This document shows, piece by piece, positions 15,150-20,000 of a DNA stretch of 20,000 bases. The DNA is taken from the IMG/VR virus record IMGVR_UViG_3300002349_000003, one strand, 5' to 3'. The DNA comes from an uncultured virus (IMG/VR IMGVR_UViG_3300002349_000003). Taxonomy: Duplodnaviria > Heunggongvirae > Uroviricota > Caudoviricetes. The notes under the pieces are model-generated. The model searched no databases and was not told where the DNA came from. It saw only the letters and a list, made by a program, of their open reading frames with translations. The translations under genes were made by a program, and so were the position numbers. Numbering within the stretch: position 1 is the stretch's first letter; every line of letters starts with the position of its first letter.

Positions 15150-15296
15150 ATGAATATTGCTAATTGGTTTGTGGTTATCCTGCTACTATTCTTTCTTACA
15201 TTATTGGTAGCACCTCTAGTGGCTTTTAGAATATCGATTGTAGCAGCAATCGTTTTACCACTTTATATGATTTGGAATTTAGGAAAACCAAGATGA
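15150..15296 (+). CDS. small membrane protein (not in ORF track)
   Basis: MNIANWFVVILLLFFLTLLVAPLVAFRISIVAAIVLPLYMIWNLGKPR; ATGA overlap with the next gene. Confidence 0.65.
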   Translation: MNIANWFVVILLLFFLTLLVAPLVAFRISIVAAIVLPLYMIWNLGKPR

Positions 15297-15538
15297 ATAA
15301 CAGAATTAGAATATACTGCAATGGCAGCGATATTGTATTAGCAATAGATAAAATAACATCAATGATGATGACAAAAGAAACTGCCGACGGTGGAATCGAA
15401 TACTATAAACTTGTGATTAGAGTTGGATATACTGAGACCTTTACTTTTCGTAGTGATAAAAGATACAAGAATAGCGATAACTACTTAACTGAACCAGTAC
15501 TATGGTCTATCCATAATCAATTTGCTAATGGAGAATAA
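15293..15538 (+). CDS. hypothetical protein
   Basis: AGGA RBS then ATG 15293 (MNNRIRIY). Confidence 0.65.
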   Translation: MNNRIRIYCNGSDIVLAIDKITSMMMTKETADGGIEYYKLVIRVGYTETFTFRSDKRYKNSDNYLTEPVLWSIHNQFANGE

Positions 15539-15539
15539 G

Positions 15540-15737
15540 ATGACTGAAATTAGATTACACAGAAGTGAACTTGAAAAGATCGTGAAATTACTTGACCGTT
15601 TTAGTGACGTGAATAATTTTTCCTTGCTATACCATACTAACGGCATTGGCAATACCGTGGATATTCAATTCAATTATAAACTGGTTGACCTAGATGCAAC
15701 TGTTACTTTGCCTGTTACTGGTGTGGAGTCTTGGTAG
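15540..15737 (+). CDS. hypothetical protein
   Basis: GGAG RBS then ATG 15540. Confidence 0.7.
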   Translation: MTEIRLHRSELEKIVKLLDRFSDVNNFSLLYHTNGIGNTVDIQFNYKLVDLDATVTLPVTGVESW

Positions 15738-15949
15738 TGGATAGGTTTCTTGACTGTTGGTATTATTGGCTAATGGGTATTATATTTGGATTCAGTGTTG
15801 GATGGGATCCAGAGTTTAGAAATATACAAGTACATAGAGAAGATGTGAAACGAGTGTGGGCTAAAGATTTCTGCGGTAATGATGACTGTAAACGAATCGT
15901 TGGAAATACTTTAGAAACTTCTTATTATCAAAACCATAAACCGGAATGA
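15737..15949 (+). CDS. hypothetical protein with N-terminal TM segment
   Basis: GGAG RBS, probable GTG start coupled to the upstream TAG. Confidence 0.55.
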   Translation: MDRFLDCWYYWLMGIIFGFSVGWDPEFRNIQVHREDVKRVWAKDFCGNDDCKRIVGNTLETSYYQNHKPE

Positions 15950-15950
15950 T

Positions 15951-16463
15951 ATGGCAACTTGGATAACTTCAGACCAACACTTCAATCATAAGAATGTTCT
16001 AAAGTTCTTGAATGAAGATGGCACCAAAATGAGACCTTGGTATGATATCGATGAGATGAACCAAGAACTTGTTAGGCGATTCAACGAGAAAGTAAAATTT
16101 GGTGATAAATGCTTCATACTTGGTGATGTTGCACTGAATAGATCAGGATTGAAGATGCTTGATCAGATACATTGTTCGAACTTGATTCTAATCAAGGGCA
16201 ACCACGATTTCTTTAGAGTAGATGAGTATATGGAATATTTTAAAGATATCCGTTCTTATCATGCAGTGGAAAATGTATTGTTAAGTCATATACCAGTACA
16301 TCCATCTCAGTTAGAACATAGATACAAGATGAATGTACACGGACATCTTCATAGTAAAATTATTGATGATGCCCGGTACTTGAATGTTTCAGTCGAACAA
16401 ACAGATTATTATCCTATACTACTGGACGACATTTTACAGTTCGGCCGCACTTTCTTTAGTTGA
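15951..16463 (+). CDS. metallophosphoesterase (short phage type)
   Basis: SDQHF.H, LGD, GNHD, LSHIP and NVHGHLH motifs. Confidence 0.92.
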   Translation: MATWITSDQHFNHKNVLKFLNEDGTKMRPWYDIDEMNQELVRRFNEKVKFGDKCFILGDVALNRSGLKMLDQIHCSNLILIKGNHDFFRVDEYMEYFKDIRSYHAVENVLLSHIPVHPSQLEHRYKMNVHGHLHSKIIDDARYLNVSVEQTDYYPILLDDILQFGRTFFS

Positions 16464-16706
16464 TGCTAATTTTTCCTGGGTGCGGCCGTGGGCAGAAATG
16501 CCTAAGATTGCACCCATGGCCAAGTGGTATAATCCGCCACCCTGCAGAGTAATTGCCTGCCACATTTCTACATGTTGACCTGGATTGTAATATTGTAGGA
16601 AATTATAGATGACTGGACCAATACAGAAATCAAACATACAAATCCAAACATAACTCCACGCCAAAGCAGTTCTCCAACCACCTTCTAGTATTTTACTTTT
16701 TCCCAT
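16434..16706 (-). CDS. holin-like membrane protein (GTA/3TM-holin-like)
   Basis: WR.ALAW.Y..IC.FDF and MGAILGISA.GRT.EK motifs. Confidence 0.65.
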   Translation of the reverse strand: MGKSKILEGGWRTALAWSYVWICMFDFCIGPVIYNFLQYYNPGQHVEMWQAITLQGGGLYHLAMGAILGISAHGRTQEKLASTKESAAEL

Positions 16707-17019
16707 TTAACTTCTCCAATTCAGATACTCTCCAGCTCAATAAATTAATCTGACCATTATTTTGTGTATGTCTTATCAGACTTTCATTCTGTTCATTAAC
16801 AAAATCCAATCTTAACTTTTCTCTTGTTAATTCCGCGGATTGGTTTGGTCTTGGTGTATTTTCTGGAGATACTACTATAGAAATCTTATTATCCAATTCA
16901 GTCAATTTAGTTTTGGTAGTATTCAAATCTGAAACCAAATAGACGACACAACTGAACAGAATAGGAACTGCGGCAAATACAATCTTTTCGATGAATTCAC
17001 CCTTTGTCGTTTCGCTCAT
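16693..17019 (-). CDS. single-TM coiled-coil protein
   Basis: N-terminal TM (IVFAAVPILFSCVVYLV) then coiled coil. Confidence 0.7.
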   Translation of the reverse strand: MSETTKGEFIEKIVFAAVPILFSCVVYLVSDLNTTKTKLTELDNKISIVVSPENTPRPNQSAELTREKLRLDFVNEQNESLIRHTQNNGQINLLSWRVSELEKLNGKK

Positions 17020-17284
17020 CTTCTTTTTCCTTATACATGAATGGTTCGACGCCTTTAAGATGAAGAACCACGTTTACTTTTTGATTTAGTCTTAGCATAT
17101 CATTATCCAATAATCGTATTCTATCAATCAGTGCTATAAGAACGGTGTTGACTTCTGAGATTACTGGTTTTACTTTTGTGGTTGTCCATACCCATACATA
17201 ATAAAGAATATATGCAATGCCCATTGTTTCAATAATTGGAAATCCATATGCATTGATTATCTTTGCTATAGTATTAAGATCCAT
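16997..17284 (-). CDS. membrane protein, paralogue of 17285..17575
   Basis: I..YGFPI TM segment, LIDRIRLLDNDMLRL. Confidence 0.75.
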   Translation of the reverse strand: MDLNTIAKIINAYGFPIIETMGIAYILYYVWVWTTTKVKPVISEVNTVLIALIDRIRLLDNDMLRLNQKVNVVLHLKGVEPFMYKEKEDERNDKG

Positions 17285-17575
17285 CTAATCTCCTCTATGG
17301 TCTGATTGTTCAGAACGTGCTATTCTACTAGTATCAGGTTTTAATCCCAGTGCAGTAGATACCAATACATCAATTCTTATTAAGTCATTAGACATTATAT
17401 CGATTCTATGGTCTAATAGGATGATAATACTTGAAAGACTTTTGATTGAACTTAATGTACCATCAAGTATAAATTTAAGAGTTAAGAAAATGAAGTATCC
17501 TGCTGCAATAGCAGATACTATGGGGAATCCAACTTTGCTTATCAAATCGAACCAACCAGTGATATTGCTTTCCAT
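17285..17575 (-). CDS. membrane protein, paralogue of 16997..17284
   Basis: I..VGFPI TM segment, LDHRIDIMSNDLIRI; AGGAG RBS. Confidence 0.75.
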   Translation of the reverse strand: MESNITGWFDLISKVGFPIVSAIAAGYFIFLTLKFILDGTLSSIKSLSSIIILLDHRIDIMSNDLIRIDVLVSTALGLKPDTSRIARSEQSDHRGD

Positions 17576-17600
17576 GCGTGTCTCCTGTTAAATTCATTAT

Positions 17601-17608
17601 TATTTATA
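17601..17608 (-). promoter_or_regulatory. T4 late-type promoter for the membrane operon
   Basis: TATAAATA on the minus strand, 25 nt upstream of ATG 17575. Confidence 0.8.
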
Positions 17609-17623
17609 AAATCGCATTCTTTT

Positions 17624-17652
17624 GTGTACTTTTATGCCAATAATGATATAAT
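17624..17652 (+). promoter_or_regulatory. Repeated early promoter cassette
   Basis: GTGTAC-17-TATAAT then AGACTCA. Confidence 0.85.
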
Positions 17653-17684
17653 AGACTCATATTAACTTGATAAGGAACTACAAA

Positions 17685-17900
17685 ATGAAATCAATAAATT
17701 TAAACAGACTAGACAAATCCCTTCCAGCTAATATGAAATCTTTTGAAGTGGAATATGAAAAATTCGATTACTTCTTCAAAAAAGACACTGTTCACGGATT
17801 CGACTACATTGTAGCGTTTGATGAAGAAGATGCAAAAGCAAGAGCCATTTTCAAACACGGTGATGGTTTGGATATTTTATCAATTTCGGAGGATGTATAA
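17685..17900 (+). CDS. hypothetical protein
   Basis: AAGGA RBS then ATG 17685. Confidence 0.7.
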   Translation: MKSINLNRLDKSLPANMKSFEVEYEKFDYFFKKDTVHGFDYIVAFDEEDAKARAIFKHGDGLDILSISEDV

Positions 17901-17901
17901 A

Positions 17902-18129
17902 ATGAAAAATACTATAAGTGACTTAGAATTAATAACCGAAGTCTATAATTACTTTGAAGACGATGAGTTACCTTTCAGTTACACGATAGCAGGCATGTTA
18001 GGTACCAGAATTGATTTGAGCAGTGACTGGTCAAATCTTAAAGATGCTTACATTAATGGAGAATTCACCCCAGCCAATATTAGATTTATGATTAGTTATA
18101 TGGAGCATTCAAATGTTAGCAACTTATGA
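17902..18129 (+). CDS. hypothetical protein
   Basis: GGAGG RBS then ATG 17902. Confidence 0.7.
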   Translation: MKNTISDLELITEVYNYFEDDELPFSYTIAGMLGTRIDLSSDWSNLKDAYINGEFTPANIRFMISYMEHSNVSNL

Positions 18130-18502
18130 TCAGTACATGAAGATACACAAACAGACAAGAACACACAAATTCTTTACTGTTGGTTCTATACTAGGAAATC
18201 TCGAAGAGGTTAAGATTAATGGATTGATAGATGAGTTACTAGAATTCAAAAATAAGCATGAAGATAAGGATCTAGTAATAAGATTGTGGTCGGATGATGA
18301 TTCATACAATATTTCTACTGGAGAAATTGCTAATGACATTGGGTACTATGATTTGGAACCAATTGATGAATACAATACTAGATGTAGAAATCTATATGAT
18401 AATTATGTCAGATTTTATAATAGTGACTCAATGAGAGATAAAAGAAATAAAGAAATTCAAGAACTTGAAGAAAAACTAGCAAAACTTAAACTCGAAATTT
18501 AA
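18113..18502 (+). CDS. hypothetical protein
   Basis: GGAG RBS, 129 aa, coiled-coil tail. Confidence 0.7.
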   Translation: MLATYDQYMKIHKQTRTHKFFTVGSILGNLEEVKINGLIDELLEFKNKHEDKDLVIRLWSDDDSYNISTGEIANDIGYYDLEPIDEYNTRCRNLYDNYVRFYNSDSMRDKRNKEIQELEEKLAKLKLEI

Positions 18503-18522
18503 TTTACCAACAAGGAAATACA

Positions 18523-18801
18523 ATGACTACTCAATTTATTAAACACCACGGTTCAGTTCAACCAATCTCTGATGATTCACTAGTATCATATCGTACAATA
18601 TCTGATGAAGGAATCATTAGTCATGTGCATTTACCAGTTAAAGCAAGCGATCTTAACTGGTCATCTGAAGGATTATCTTTCGGAAGAATTTATGACTTTA
18701 AAATTGTTAGCGTAATTAAGACAAAAACCAGTCATGATTCTAGTATAAGTGAAATAGATAAACATGTTGAATTTTTACCAGTTATAGGATTTTGCTATTG
18801 A
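18523..18801 (+). CDS. hypothetical protein
   Basis: AAGGA RBS, 92 aa. Confidence 0.7.
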   Translation: MTTQFIKHHGSVQPISDDSLVSYRTISDEGIISHVHLPVKASDLNWSSEGLSFGRIYDFKIVSVIKTKTSHDSSISEIDKHVEFLPVIGFCY

Positions 18802-18935
18802 ATACAATCGAAGTTCAGAATATATACGAAGAAATGCTGTTAATGTTTGGAAAATTACCAGACCATATTCATCATCCAATACAATTTGCACACTTTGTAA
18901 AGTTGTATAGATATTATAAAGAAAAGGAGGTATGA
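18798..18935 (+). CDS. small hypothetical protein (not in ORF track)
   Basis: TTG start with AGGA RBS; MNTIEVQNIYEEMLLMFGKLPDHIHHPIQFAHFVKLYRYYKEKEV. Confidence 0.6.
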   Translation: MNTIEVQNIYEEMLLMFGKLPDHIHHPIQFAHFVKLYRYYKEKEV

Positions 18936-19087
18936 TGGCAATAGGACAATGGGAAGGCGGTAAAGGTTCTGCCGACCGTGTTGATATGAAGAAATACAGG
19001 GACAATTGGGATGCAATTGATTGGAATAAAGGAAAAGAACCTGCAAAAGAAAACGAACCTGTAGTTCACGATACTCAAGAGGACTAA
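18935..19087 (+). CDS. small hypothetical protein (not in ORF track)
   Basis: AAGGAGG RBS; MAIGQWEGGKGSADRVDMKKYRDNWDAIDW... Confidence 0.7.
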   Translation: MAIGQWEGGKGSADRVDMKKYRDNWDAIDWNKGKEPAKENEPVVHDTQED

Positions 19088-19090
19088 GTC

Positions 19091-19279
19091 ATGTACAGAT
19101 TCACCCCTATTAAATGTGATGATAATAAACAATATGCTATGTTAGATGGTTTTGGAGAGCTTCCTAATCATGTAGGTCCTTTCAGGAGGAACGGTATAGT
19201 TTACTATTACAATATTGAAAGGGGTGAGTATTACGATCCAAAAAAAGAACAATACCTAATTAAGGAATTTTTATTATGA
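19091..19279 (+). CDS. hypothetical protein
   Basis: GAGGA RBS; GPF...G.V.YY...GEYYDP motif. Confidence 0.7.
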   Translation: MYRFTPIKCDDNKQYAMLDGFGELPNHVGPFRRNGIVYYYNIERGEYYDPKKEQYLIKEFLL

Positions 19280-19698
19280 GCAGAATCGATTTAAACAAAA
19301 ACTACAAAACTCAATCTGGATTATCTGTCATTCTTTATAGTATTAATAATCAAAAAGATTATATCCATGGAGTAGTAAGAGAACTAGATGGCACTGATAA
19401 ACTATTAAAATGGGATAGCAAAGGAATTTCTTTTAGTTCTGATATGAATCTTGTTGAATATAACGACTTTAAATTTTCAATGAATTTAAAGAAAATAGAT
19501 TACTTTGGAATCCAATTATACGTGAATCCTAATAAAGCATGGATTGCCACAGATAAAGACGGATCGGTTTACGCTTATGACGGTTCTATGGTTCCTGTTA
19601 TTGCGATTAGCGACTGGGATGGTGGAGATGGACATGCAGCATTTTACGAATTGGAATATACTGGAGATTGGAAGACATCATTGATGGAGATTGTTTAA
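19276..19698 (+). CDS. hypothetical two-module protein
   Basis: AAGGA RBS; N-terminal K.Y.T.SG..V module, C-terminal WIATDKDG.V...W...DWK.SL module. Confidence 0.7.
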   Translation: MSRIDLNKNYKTQSGLSVILYSINNQKDYIHGVVRELDGTDKLLKWDSKGISFSSDMNLVEYNDFKFSMNLKKIDYFGIQLYVNPNKAWIATDKDGSVYAYDGSMVPVIAISDWDGGDGHAAFYELEYTGDWKTSLMEIV

Positions 19699-19943
19699 TG
19701 CCAACATACGATTTCAAAAATAAAGAAACTGGTGAAGTTACGGAACGGATAATTAAAATGTCTGAGTTGGATGACTTTAAGACATCCAATCCTCATTTAG
19801 AAATCCAATTATCAACTCCGGCATTATGTAATTCAGTAAGAATGTCGAATGGACTAACAAAGGGAGGTGCATTTAAGGAAGTATTACAAAAGATACATTC
19901 AAGAACATCCGGTAGTATACTCAATCAGACTACTGGCATTTAA
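19698..19943 (+). CDS. FmdB-like regulatory protein (Cys-less)
   Basis: MPTYDFKNKETGE start, F...NPHL and F.EVL.KI motifs; GGAG RBS. Confidence 0.65.
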   Translation: MPTYDFKNKETGEVTERIIKMSELDDFKTSNPHLEIQLSTPALCNSVRMSNGLTKGGAFKEVLQKIHSRTSGSILNQTTGI

Positions 19944-19958
19944 CTAAAAAGGAATTTT

Positions 19959-20000
19959 ATGGCTCGCAGACCCAGAATTATTGAAAAGCATTTTGATGAC
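19959..20000 (+). CDS. start of the next gene (partial)
   Basis: AAGGA RBS, MARRPRIIEKHFDD runs off the window. Confidence 0.6.
   Translation, partial: MARRPRIIEKHFDD

Noticed and set aside
121..17666. Recurring 30-50 bp repeats as a CRISPR array or integron attC sites
   Set aside because: Spacing is irregular and in kilobases, the conserved core is a -35/-10 promoter, and no cas or integrase gene is in the window
165..19789. Numerous short antisense or off-frame ORFs in the track (for example 165..524, 853..1083, 5729..6067, 6579..6863, 10331..10561, 11265..11519, 16384..16578, 18775..19132)
   Set aside because: They are shadows of well-supported genes, with no convincing RBS or recognisable motifs
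19959..20000. Calling the last partial ORF PhoH because it follows an FmdB-like gene
   Set aside because: Only 14 codons are visible and they contain no diagnostic motif
1..20000. Stop-codon reassignment or tRNA genes
   Set aside because: Recognisable genes are full length under the standard code and use all three stops; intergenic gaps are short and show no cloverleaf pattern

Overview
AT-rich, gene-dense 20 kb stretch that reads as an accessory region of a large T4-like lytic myophage. The evidence is many short + strand ORFs with AGGA/GAGG ribosome-binding sites, nine copies of a T4-early-type promoter (GTGTAC/GTTTAC-17-TATAAT) and T4 late-type TATAAATA boxes. Recognisable products are an RNA ligase (OB fold + Rnl2-type, DRB0094/Rnl5-like), a free-standing GIY-YIG/NUMOD3 endonuclease, a GroES-like co-chaperonin, two metallophosphoesterases, a GH19 endolysin, an HNH-like nuclease, a DenV-like pyrimidine-dimer glycosylase, an SLT transglycosylase, a holin-like four-gene membrane operon and an FmdB-like protein. 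Four observations stand out. First, a cluster at 7.6-9.6 kb carries T4 internal-protein-like capsid-targeting N-termini, so these are candidate packaged and injected effectors. Second, near-identical promoter/stem-loop cassettes partition the accessory genes into modules. Third, each minus-strand unit has a late promoter placed back-to-back with a plus-strand early promoter. Fourth, two simple-repeat frameshifts split otherwise continuous ORFs. All family assignments come from motif recognition by eye; no searches were run.
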